Below, piece after piece: positions 9,501-17,801 of a stretch of 64,000 nt of DNA. Position numbers and translations under genes: made by a program. The stretch's first letter is position 1. Every line of letters starts with the position of its first letter. Origin of the DNA: Candidatus Omnitrophota bacterium (GTDB lineage: Bacteria > Omnitrophota > Gorgyraeia > Gygaellales > Profunditerraquicolaceae). Where the stretch lies: contig JALOCB010000006.1 in assembly GCA_023227985.1 (NCBI GenBank), forward strand, positions 2,631 to 66,630. The letters run 5' to 3'. Below the pieces are notes generated by a model. It was not told the DNA's origin. It worked only from the letters and a program-made list of their open reading frames with translations, and did no database searches.

Positions 9501-12500
9501 GCTATTTCCTTCAACATGAGTGTTATGACCGTAGGGTCGGTAGTCCTCAAACTGTATATATTTTCAGCCGCTTCATTCTTGAACGTATCTTTGACGAACT
9601 GGACGCTCAAGCCCGACCCGCCCATGCCGCAGAAAATAACGTATTTATATTTTTCCTTGAGTTCTTTCCCGTCATTGATCACATCTTCAAGCGTCCTGCC
9701 GGCTGAACCGTCGCGGATCGCTTTAAGATTCGTTATGGTCCAACCCAGCCTGTTCACCCATTCGCCTTTAAGCAGCTCAAAACCAAGTTCGGATAATTTA
9801 CCATTACCGATCTTCTTTACGGCTTCATACGAAGCGCCGTTAGCCGCCCCTTCCAGCTGGCTGGTAAAATCATTAGCTTTAAGTTGATCAAGCAATTTAT
9901 TGACCTCAAAACCATATGCCTCCCCGCCGTCGCGAATGACCGGAGCGTTACGCCTGATATAAGCCAGATCTTCCTTTAACTGCGGCTCGACCCTGGCAAA
10001 GAACCGGTCATTTGTATCTTTGGTGAACGGCCTGTCGCCTATCCGCGCTAACAGCGCTTTTACAGCCGGATCCTTGCTCTTAAACCCGGCAAGAACAGCA
10101 TTGATCTCCGCGTCAGTAAGGAACATCTCGATCTCCGGCGGAAGCCCCTTGTACCTGTCGACAATAACCCTGAGCGCGGCTCTCGTACTGCCGCCATCAC
10201 GAGTTTCAGGAACAGCGGTTTTCAGATATTTTACCGCGTCTTCTGTAGCAGCGAATTTTTCGGCAGCGTTCTTTTCAATATCCTCTATGCCGGCTCCGCT
10301 GAAAAGATCGGATAACGCCTTGGTCTCCTGGGCTTCTATGCGGATGGATTTCGGGTTCAATCCGGGTTTTTCATTCCTTAATTTCAAGAACATCGATAAC
10401 ATCACCTCGGTCAATACCCGCAGGTCTTCGCGGCTGCGCGAATGAGCGCCAAAAGCGATCTTTTCCGAGGTATTCGACCAGCCCCAGTAAAATATCCCTA
10501 GCGGCGTCATAAAATAATAAACGCCCTCGATATCAACCAAAGTGAATGTTTCTTTCTGGCCTTCAAACTTTTCCCAATTTACGTATTCAAAATCTTTATC
10601 ACCGGAAAACGCCTTAGTCACAACATCCCGCCACTCGTTCATCAGGTGTTTCTTGTATTGTTCCTGCATTGAGGTTCTTTGTTCGCTGAGTGAATACCAC
10701 TGGCTGAACGCGCCTTTCTGCCGCAGGTCCTTCAAATAATCATCCAAAAGCCATTTAGGCTGCTGATGTTTTTCCCTGATGGCGGTAAAAGCCTCCAGCC
10801 AGCTGTACATAAAACGCATAGCGTCGTCGATACAAGCCCCGGTATCTATGGTAATGAACGGGTGCAAAGAATATTCCATCTGGTAGTTCTTATATCCTGT
10901 GGCCTTCACAAAATCCTCAACGGAAGCGAACCCTTTTTCTTTGGCGAGTTTCGTCATCAATATTTCTACGGTTTTCTTTTCCTTGGAATGCCCTTTGGTA
11001 TGGATTATCGCAGTACCCCCTAAATAATCCACCAATTCGGCTATAGAAGGTATCATCCGCGAATCATAATAGATTTTTTTATGGTCCTGTCCGTATTTAC
11101 CCAGGGCATACTCGATCACCGGATAAAACAGGATATCGCCTTTATAAAGCTTTCCGGCTATAACAATACCGCAGCGGTCAGTATCAAGGTCGAATGAAAA
11201 GACAACCACATCCGGATTCCTGGCAGACCAGGATAGGATACTCTCATCACCGGCGGATTTAGGATGACCCAGGCATTTGTCATCGTCCCGGGAAGGATCT
11301 GGCAGGCCTTTTGTGCAAGTTGGGTCGGACTGAGCCCTGAAAACATTCACCAGCTTGGAACCCAGGGTACCTTTAACATAATCCACATAGCTGGTCGCTG
11401 AGCCTCCGCCGAAATCCACGGCGATCTTGATATCCATATCCTTGAGTTTGTTAATAAGAGCTGTAAATTCAACGTTCAGCTTTTCCTTATATATATCGGT
11501 GATCTTGCCCTGCAACTCCTGGGTATTGATAAACGCGCCCATATCCTTAGCGTCCATGACCCTCAAACCGCTATCCGCGCTGTCCCCGGCGATCTGCTTG
11601 CCCAGGACCTGGATCATATCCCCGAAAAGCGTGGTCTTGCCGATGATCGGTTTAAACCCGTTTATACCGACCTCTACATGCGAACGAGTAACATAGAACC
11701 CGCCCTGTACACCCAAGCGGGAAACCGTGGTATACAATTGGCCGCTTATACAAGTATCCAGATCTATTACGTTGATCCCGGCAGCACGCAAACCCAAAGC
11801 CAGGTATTTGCGCATTTTCGGGGTTGTCGGTCCATTATCACCGGCTATTATAAAGGTATCGCCTGGTTTTAATCCTTCAGTGCCATGGTGCGAATCAAAC
11901 TTTGATGTTCCCAGGGCAATACCCAGTAAAACCAGCATTTCCGGGGTAAAATATTCGTCGTTGCCGCGGACATCATATTCTTTAAGGACTGAAGACAGTT
12001 TCTTCTTTATCTCCTGCAATCCCTCATAGGTCACGGTTATTGTTTCATCAGGGGTTGTGATAACCAAAGGTTTCTCCGGAGTAATCCTAAATAAACCCGG
12101 GGCCTGTCCGGGGTTTTTTATCTGCCCGTTGATGATCGATTTAGCCTGGCTGATCAATTCGTCGGCCTTTCCGCCGTCGAAATTGGCAGAGACTCCGCCT
12201 TTATCCAGCCTCTGATTGATCTTTGCGGACGCTTCTTCTATCGCTCTTTTCATGAGGATATCGTTGCCTTCCGGCTGGCTGGCGAATGCTTCCAATGTCC
12301 TGCGCTCGCCGGTTCTCTCTCCTAAGACCTTAACCGCATTAAGCCTGATCAACCTGTTATTACCGGTATCTTTAAAAGCTGCGATATATATCCGCTCTAT
12401 ATCCCGATTATTAAGCCCCAATTGTTTTAAAGACATCTCAGCCGCGGGATAAATGTCGTAATTATCACCCAGCACAGTCCAGACCAAATATTCTCTTAAA

Positions 12501-14779
12501 TACGGTATCGCTTTAGCATCTCCAAGCTTGCCCAGGATACGCGCAGCATCCTCTTTATTTCTACGCATAGTCCGCGGATCGCTAATTTCTTTAATATATT
12601 TATTCGCCTGCCACGGGATAACCGTACTTTTCCACAACGAAACGAACGTCCGGATGAAGATATTGGCCGGATCATACTTATTCTCGCGCAGCAATCCGTT
12701 GTCCGCAGCGCCGCCGTCAGGCGTTCCAGGCTCAACAGGTACGCCGAATTTCAGATCGCGCAGGGAAAAATCTCCCATAACGCGGTCAAGCCAAGGCAGA
12801 GCTCCCTTATGCAGAAAGTAACCGATTGCGCCCAAAGACAACCCCACAGATACGCATATCACCAATATTTTTACCGGTAACGGCATGAACATTGAAACAG
12901 CAATACCTATCAAGCCCGAACCCAAACCTGCCCCCATAAGCTTTCTGGTAGGATATTCCTTGCTGGACTGCTCTTTTACAAATGCCTTGAATTCATCGAA
13001 CTCCGCCCGGTTGTTAAAACTGCTCTCAAACTCAGCCTGTATGGAATCCAGATGATTTTCCCAGGTATAACCGGAAATAGCCGCATCAAAATCATCAATT
13101 CTTTCCAGCAGAGCTAAACCACCAAGTTTACGAAGCAATTTTCCCTTTCGTTCAAGAGAAAGAATCCCTGCCCCTTGTGCGCTTCCTCCATCACGATGGG
13201 AATTACCCAGTATTTTCCCGACTTCACTGTAATATTCGCTTGTAAGATCGCGCACAGGGATATCCCTGGCGATCAATTTATAGAAACTATACCCGCCGGC
13301 TATCCCTAACAATGCTGTCACCGCCGACCCCATGATCATCGGCAAAAACACTGGCCCGGTTATCAGTAACGCCCCAAGAGTTAATCCCCCGACAATCGCA
13401 AATGCACCAAGCATAAGCGCGGTGTTGGCTTTCCTGGCAAAAAACCAATCATCCAGGTCTTTTGTATTGATCGCCGCCAGCGCCGTATTAATCTCATTCT
13501 GCGTGTATTTATTATCCTGAATAAGGGTTTTAATCCGCGCCAGACGCCGGTCCACAAAGTCCCGGTCAGCCGAGCGCATCCAATTGATCTCTTGGATGGC
13601 GGAACTGAGTTCATCGGTCCTGGAACGCTTTGGGGCAAAAACGCCGCCGTCACGGGTTTGTTGATCCTTATGTACCGGTTGGTAATTCTTACCCTCAACC
13701 GCCAGAACATCAGCGGGCACGATCGAAGTTTTCTGAGGGATTACCGCGATTTCAGTGACAGTATCAGGTATAAGCATAATACCGCCGCTAAAATATCTGC
13801 GCACGGTTATCCCGTTCAGGCTGTTCACGGTTTCCCGGGTATTATATTCACCGTCAACAAAAGATTTCCGATAGGCATTAAAATAATTATCTTTAGACCA
13901 GGCGCTGCGCGAGGAAAGTCCGGCAAGGTCCTCCTTGTTTATCCGGCGGCTGTATTCCGCAGGCATATTTATGGCATTCTTCTTGAACCATTGGGCCAGG
14001 ACTATGGAATAATATACCTGCCTCAAGGGCGCGTACTCCTTGGCGCTGTTAATTTTTTTGGTTAATTTAGGGAGGATTGCCTCGCGGATCAAACCGGAAG
14101 AATATTCATTCAACTCCTTAAGGCGCGGATCGTCAAATCCATAAGTAGCGGAATTCTTCAGGTGATCCTGCTCCAGCATAACCTTTAAGGTCGCTTTATA
14201 CACATACGCGCTGTCAGCCGACTGCTTGACGATTATCTCGCCCGGAACTATCCAGGGGCGGGTCAAGGTGGGGATATTGATCTTTTGGTTTCCTAAAAGG
14301 CTTTCAGCCTTTTCGTACAGCCTCTTCCAATAGATCTTTCCTTCCCTGGTCTTGGGAGAAGTGGCCATAGCCATATCTTTTTTCAACTGAAGGTCTGCTT
14401 CCAGGAGTATCTTCCCGATATCAGTATTCTCCAATGCCGGGTCAATGATATCACTCTTGCCGTCCGGACGCAGATTAACCCAGAAAGTATTATTAGGCAA
14501 AGTCACGCCGATCTGAAAATATTCCATCAGTTTGGCTATAGACCCCTTAAGCTGCGCCGGCTTAACATTCTTATTGTCGCCTTTATCAAGCAAAAGGGTG
14601 AAATCATCCTTGATCCGGTCATAAACCAGGGACCTCAAATGCAAGGGGCGGAATTTATTGATCGAAGACACGCTGGAGAATGATCCGGAAAGATCAATTA
14701 CGTTCGCAACCTGGGCAAACCCAATTTGCTCGAATAAGAAAACAAAACTTATCAAAAACGCGATTATCTTTTTAAACAT
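6590..14779 (-). CDS. Giant (2,729 aa) secreted/membrane multidomain protein with PGM-like and PGI-like domains, HEAT-type repeats and four predicted TM helices
   Basis: Single uninterrupted ORF. N-terminal signal peptide (MFKKIIAFLISFVFLFEQIGFAQ). Hydrophobic helix pairs at aa ~452-500 and ~614-658. The alpha-D-phosphohexomutase-like region (aa ~935-1320) has DVRG, a TASHNP-like FYVTRSHVEVGINGFK and an FDGDxDR-like FSFDLDTDRCGIV. The PGI/SIS-like region (aa ~1700-2030) has GMGGSG, ISKSATTPET, GGRFT and VNQPAVEGYK, which resembles PGI signature 2. HEAT/PBS-lyase-like repeats lie at aa ~735-850 and ~2260-2410. DGG occurs 11 times. Confidence 0.8.
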   Translation of the reverse strand: MFKKIIAFLISFVFLFEQIGFAQVANVIDLSGSFSSVSSINKFRPLHLRSLVYDRIKDDFTLLLDKGDNKNVKPAQLKGSIAKLMEYFQIGVTLPNNTFWVNLRPDGKSDIIDPALENTDIGKILLEADLQLKKDMAMATSPKTREGKIYWKRLYEKAESLLGNQKINIPTLTRPWIVPGEIIVKQSADSAYVYKATLKVMLEQDHLKNSATYGFDDPRLKELNEYSSGLIREAILPKLTKKINSAKEYAPLRQVYYSIVLAQWFKKNAINMPAEYSRRINKEDLAGLSSRSAWSKDNYFNAYRKSFVDGEYNTRETVNSLNGITVRRYFSGGIMLIPDTVTEIAVIPQKTSIVPADVLAVEGKNYQPVHKDQQTRDGGVFAPKRSRTDELSSAIQEINWMRSADRDFVDRRLARIKTLIQDNKYTQNEINTALAAINTKDLDDWFFARKANTALMLGAFAIVGGLTLGALLITGPVFLPMIMGSAVTALLGIAGGYSFYKLIARDIPVRDLTSEYYSEVGKILGNSHRDGGSAQGAGILSLERKGKLLRKLGGLALLERIDDFDAAISGYTWENHLDSIQAEFESSFNNRAEFDEFKAFVKEQSSKEYPTRKLMGAGLGSGLIGIAVSMFMPLPVKILVICVSVGLSLGAIGYFLHKGALPWLDRVMGDFSLRDLKFGVPVEPGTPDGGAADNGLLRENKYDPANIFIRTFVSLWKSTVIPWQANKYIKEISDPRTMRRNKEDAARILGKLGDAKAIPYLREYLVWTVLGDNYDIYPAAEMSLKQLGLNNRDIERIYIAAFKDTGNNRLIRLNAVKVLGERTGERRTLEAFASQPEGNDILMKRAIEEASAKINQRLDKGGVSANFDGGKADELISQAKSIINGQIKNPGQAPGLFRITPEKPLVITTPDETITVTYEGLQEIKKKLSSVLKEYDVRGNDEYFTPEMLVLLGIALGTSKFDSHHGTEGLKPGDTFIIAGDNGPTTPKMRKYLALGLRAAGINVIDLDTCISGQLYTTVSRLGVQGGFYVTRSHVEVGINGFKPIIGKTTLFGDMIQVLGKQIAGDSADSGLRVMDAKDMGAFINTQELQGKITDIYKEKLNVEFTALINKLKDMDIKIAVDFGGGSATSYVDYVKGTLGSKLVNVFRAQSDPTCTKGLPDPSRDDDKCLGHPKSAGDESILSWSARNPDVVVFSFDLDTDRCGIVIAGKLYKGDILFYPVIEYALGKYGQDHKKIYYDSRMIPSIAELVDYLGGTAIIHTKGHSKEKKTVEILMTKLAKEKGFASVEDFVKATGYKNYQMEYSLHPFITIDTGACIDDAMRFMYSWLEAFTAIREKHQQPKWLLDDYLKDLRQKGAFSQWYSLSEQRTSMQEQYKKHLMNEWRDVVTKAFSGDKDFEYVNWEKFEGQKETFTLVDIEGVYYFMTPLGIFYWGWSNTSEKIAFGAHSRSREDLRVLTEVMLSMFLKLRNEKPGLNPKSIRIEAQETKALSDLFSGAGIEDIEKNAAEKFAATEDAVKYLKTAVPETRDGGSTRAALRVIVDRYKGLPPEIEMFLTDAEINAVLAGFKSKDPAVKALLARIGDRPFTKDTNDRFFARVEPQLKEDLAYIRRNAPVIRDGGEAYGFEVNKLLDQLKANDFTSQLEGAANGASYEAVKKIGNGKLSELGFELLKGEWVNRLGWTITNLKAIRDGSAGRTLEDVINDGKELKEKYKYVIFCGMGGSGLSVQFVKDTFKNEAAENIYSLRTTDPTVITLMLKEIAEKEGSLKAALDKTAIVLISKSATTPETVAHRKYFEDVYNTLGLDTQKNLWFITDTISPWGVEAQENPAMRQREIQLNGRGDVGGRFTAPGTNVFLLPMAVVAPELIVPIIDNAIEMNSIKDDPFLRLGAFMLHMAKDLNKDKLTIIVPAALKSYPMWAEQLIEESLGKFGKGITLFYDEENLDVSVLNPVDSNDRVFLRINLGIRKPQANLWKYLEDNGYPTYEISLNDLEDIGGLMLGMQRAVAAFGYLWDICFVNQPAVEGYKIASKLMDKEIISAGGNVKKVLNNIYQASSKKGVLTLYYDPLIQMGAVNINDINDQVRAFGSTMEDPAAVYAAIILLLKHKIEAGEFTSYGNMTDNLKEIFEKVRAEVFTRGLKMPAKLGVGPDKNHAYQQNIEDGKNMFFSTYFLPLQAIQPTEFGLLKDIRGFSDSMIKAQTLGTVQSMIKNKRKVVLLTSDLTAQASETEMAGFFTAVVGYLAKTDASFAEKNIRDGGSITDIAYLHNQLKDTNSANRGSAARDLAQRKDKRSVAPLIAALKTETMPNNRYAICRALVAIGTAAFTPLMFVTTDQTIKAAIREEALTALMDIAKQKKDGGSAELQELYAKAALYSPEIKPLLDILTDDTVSFEAQLKAARLLIALPAGKDFILKNKEVLYRESGVMMVLLNGPLSDGGTGIYSTQGLKNNLKNIGSYDYKKARDLAMILAKRIGRGELSAYFVGRLTVIGDVSVDGPITIGYKETPSDTITILSIPSVEQSEKSVLVNHVFPIQIKINELNNDIVVVGIDKQVVVPSGLPVSNTDGGSKMPTGERFNAWDTEGKVKRDSNDKHTGDVREYKSSPSGETNNGDNVFDGGDKTQAPLGGIDFRGMPIVSQPAIGGVRIPVMPNLTGAVALEELDKQWMEIRASMVQGPMPYLKIQEYVACCNARPDSSKQIQAVTNCVADILKAEEEDALPTCGQLKEILIQLG

Positions 14780-14828
14780 CCGGCCCCCTGGTTATTAAGT
14801 ACTTTTATAAACATAATTATGATTGGTT

Positions 14829-14873
14829 AAAAAAAACACGGCTTCTGATCATTATCCTTGATCAGAGTCCGTG
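14829..14873 (-). terminator. Rho-independent terminator downstream of the lipoprotein gene
   Basis: On the minus strand, CACGGACTCTGATCA-aggataa-TGATCAGAAGCCGTG forms a 15-bp stem with two mismatches, followed by TTTTTTTT. Confidence 0.65.
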
Positions 14874-15022
14874 GCTTGGATATCTATTTAGGAATTATAT
14901 TATTATACTGCGATACTATAAAATAAATATAACCTATGAAAACTGCTTTGTCAAGTTGCGGCCAAAATTTATTCTATCAGTAAACTACTATATACCAAGT
15001 AGTTACAATACTATACGCTGTT

Positions 15023-15517
15023 TTATTGCCCTTCTTCCAGATATTTTCCCAAAATAGCCCAGGTTTCACTGCCCACAACCCCGTCCGCGTTCAACTGGTT
15101 AGCTCTTTGGAACTCCCGGATCGCGTCTTTTGTCCTGGGGCCTATCTTTCCGTCAACATCCCCATTATAAAATTTCGCGTTCTTTAAGGCTGTCTGGATA
15201 TGTCCGGCATTCGGGACTTTTATGACGGTTTTTTCTTCACGCTGTTTCCGGACCTGGCTATTTATCTTATTCTGCGCGTCTTCTAATTTTGCCTGATTCG
15301 CTTTAAGCGCGGCCTCGGTCTTTTCCTGATCTTCCTGGACCTTAATTTCTAAACTCTGCTGCCTCTTGCTCAAGCTCTTGACCTCGGCGTCCTGGCGCTG
15401 GAATTGGCTCTCCAGCGAGATGATCCGCAATTGAGTCGCCTCCATATCCTGCACGCCCGCACAACCGGATAATAAAACAACGGAAAGGCCAACAAAGGAA
15501 ATAATAGCCAGTTTCAT
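15023..15517 (-). CDS. Lipoprotein with a coiled-coil region and a C-terminal peptidoglycan-binding domain
   Basis: Lipobox LLSGC after the signal peptide. Q/E/K-rich coiled coil. The C-terminal part (LKNAKFYNGDVDGKIGPRTKDAIREFQRANQLNADGVVGSETWAIL) matches a PG_binding_1-like repeat. Confidence 0.7.
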   Translation of the reverse strand: MKLAIISFVGLSVVLLSGCAGVQDMEATQLRIISLESQFQRQDAEVKSLSKRQQSLEIKVQEDQEKTEAALKANQAKLEDAQNKINSQVRKQREEKTVIKVPNAGHIQTALKNAKFYNGDVDGKIGPRTKDAIREFQRANQLNADGVVGSETWAILGKYLEEGQ

Positions 15518-15587
15518 CTCTTTCTCCTTTTTGTCGTTATCCTTCTTAATCTTATTTTATACCTTTGCCGGCCGGTTGTAAATATAC

Positions 15588-17801
15588 TTATATGAGCGGC
15601 TCCATATTCAGGACCGGATGCTTTACCTTTTCCAGGTAAGCTACCAGCTCCTCGGCTGTGGTAACATTGGTCTCATCGGCTATCTGGTCAACCAGGCCGG
15701 GCATACCCAGTTCCCGGCAGCGCGTCTTCAGCTTATCGCCCAGAGCCTCTTTCAATTCCTTTGGCATCCAGACCAGCCGCGGCAGTCCGCCTTCAGCGGA
15801 AAGGAATTTCTTGCTGGCCACATAAAGCTTGCCGATACCCAGGAAACCCGGGGTCTGCACCCCTCCGCCAACCGAGCCGGCCAGCGTGGTAAAAGTCATG
15901 CCCACCGGGGTCATCCCGGGAAAATCGCGGTGCACGATCATTACGCCGTTGGCCTCAGGGACCACAGCCACAATGCATTCAAAACAGCCGCAGGACGACT
16001 GCGGGCTGTCCATCAACGAATACATACTCATCTTCTCTATCGTTTTGTTGGATTTCTCATAAACATAATCGTTTATATTCTTCCACTGCCCCAGTTTTTG
16101 ATCGAGCAATTGGCCTTTTTCCACCGGCTGATTAGGGCCGGTAGGGTTGATCTCATGCGAAGCCTTGCCGTCCAGCCAGGAATAAGCCCCGCACAGGCCG
16201 AGCCTTTCCGCGGAGATCATACACACATGGTTGGGCGCGAAACTCTGGCAAAGCGTGCAGGAATAAAAAGAGTCCACGCTTTCATCGGTCATACCCAGGA
16301 TCCTCTCATCGCGCTGATCGTAGACTTTCTTAGCCTGGGGCAAAAGCTTATCCACATCAGCCTGGCTGGTATAGATTTTTACCTGGATCTTATCCACGAT
16401 AGCGCTGTATTCCTGATGAAGCATAGCGTGCAGGATAACCCCGATATGCTTAAGGCGGAAGCCCTTATTGAACGCCTCCTGAGAAACTCTGATCCAGTTC
16501 ATATCGCGCTGGCCGATATGCATTATACCCTGGGCGTAATTGACGAACCTGTGGATCTGGCGCTCAAGTATAGGCTCGAAATCTTTTTGCATCTTCCGGC
16601 CGGCGACTTCAACCATGATCGCCAAAGGCAGAGATTTCACGCCCTTTCCCATATTATCTATATCCGGTCCGATCACCTCTACCTTCCCGTCCTCAATATC
16701 CTCTATATTCCCGCTGGTAAGGAACTCGAACGAGGCGGAAGCCTTACCGCCGAATTCAGCGAACAATTGTTCCTTGCGCACCCTTTCACCCTCAAAAGCC
16801 GCGGCGTAAGCCACCGGGACATTGATCTGGGCGACCTTAACTTTGATCCCCCTGGTAAGCAGGCATTTGGAAACCAGTTTTTTGTAGTCTTTTTCAGTAA
16901 CCAGGGCCTCATATAAAGTCGTATCGATCTTGGGCAACTGCGGCACATCCAGGTCGGTGATAATGGGCACGCCGAAGGCCAGCGCCCCCAGCCCCGCCGC
17001 CACGATGATCTCATCCACGTGGCTCAAAAGCACGATGAAAGCCGGAACCCTTTTCTGCACATAATCCGCGATACCCTGCCACTGCCCGGGTTTGAAACCG
17101 CCGTAGATGAGCGGCGCTCGGATGGCGAAGTTCACCGCGTAGATTGCCGAGAGATAATCGTCGCCGAGCGGCACAATATAGTTATCCAAGCCGATCTGCA
17201 CTCCTTTTTCTTCGAGCTGTTGGGCGAAGGTTTTGCCGTTGGCGCTGTCCCCGGCTTTATCGGAAGCGCCGGGACTCGCCGGTGCGCTGCCGCAGAGCAG
17301 GCAAACGATGCTGTTAGTCTGGAAATCGCGCACCAGCTTTTCCGCGGAATCCGCGTCCTTTGCCGGGCCGAGAATGACGGCGACGCCCGCGATGCGGCCG
17401 TCTACCAGCTGAATGCCCAACTGCCTCAGTATCTTGTCCGGGATGAAGCCGATTCCTCCCTTGGGATGCTGTTTGGTCGCGGTCAACAGCGCCGTAAGCA
17501 TTTCGATCGCCACCAGCGTGGCGCAGCCCTTGTTCAGCACCGGACCAAGCGCTCCGGGGATAGAAAAGCCGTTTGCGGGCTTGATATTCTTGTTCAGCCC
17601 CTCGGCAGCCGCCAGGATCGGCATACAGTCCCCTACAGTCTTGACCTCGGCGTTGAACAGCCCGTAGATGATGGGCAGGAAATAGTTGGTCTCGGGAAAG
17701 CCGACCGCGGTATCCTTGCCGGCCTTTTCCAGCGTTTGCCTGGTCAATGCCAATACCGCGTCCGCGCCTTTTGTTCCCATTTGAACTAATACCTCAGACA
17801 T
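15588..17801 (-). CDS. acsB: Acetyl-CoA synthase catalytic subunit (CODH/ACS subunit AcsB/CdhC type)
   Basis: 737 aa. Full-length resemblance to AcsB, including the A-cluster region SCGCFECIVAV (Cys-Gly-Cys) and an upstream Cys. Start overlaps the upstream oxidoreductase gene by 8 nt. Confidence 0.85.
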   Translation of the reverse strand: MSEVLVQMGTKGADAVLALTRQTLEKAGKDTAVGFPETNYFLPIIYGLFNAEVKTVGDCMPILAAAEGLNKNIKPANGFSIPGALGPVLNKGCATLVAIEMLTALLTATKQHPKGGIGFIPDKILRQLGIQLVDGRIAGVAVILGPAKDADSAEKLVRDFQTNSIVCLLCGSAPASPGASDKAGDSANGKTFAQQLEEKGVQIGLDNYIVPLGDDYLSAIYAVNFAIRAPLIYGGFKPGQWQGIADYVQKRVPAFIVLLSHVDEIIVAAGLGALAFGVPIITDLDVPQLPKIDTTLYEALVTEKDYKKLVSKCLLTRGIKVKVAQINVPVAYAAAFEGERVRKEQLFAEFGGKASASFEFLTSGNIEDIEDGKVEVIGPDIDNMGKGVKSLPLAIMVEVAGRKMQKDFEPILERQIHRFVNYAQGIMHIGQRDMNWIRVSQEAFNKGFRLKHIGVILHAMLHQEYSAIVDKIQVKIYTSQADVDKLLPQAKKVYDQRDERILGMTDESVDSFYSCTLCQSFAPNHVCMISAERLGLCGAYSWLDGKASHEINPTGPNQPVEKGQLLDQKLGQWKNINDYVYEKSNKTIEKMSMYSLMDSPQSSCGCFECIVAVVPEANGVMIVHRDFPGMTPVGMTFTTLAGSVGGGVQTPGFLGIGKLYVASKKFLSAEGGLPRLVWMPKELKEALGDKLKTRCRELGMPGLVDQIADETNVTTAEELVAYLEKVKHPVLNMEPLI

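Noticed and set aside
8979-9887. 302-aa plus-strand ORF inside the giant gene
   Set aside because: It is antisense to the uninterrupted 8.2-kb ORF. Its Ser/Leu/Pro-rich composition is typical of a reverse-frame artefact.
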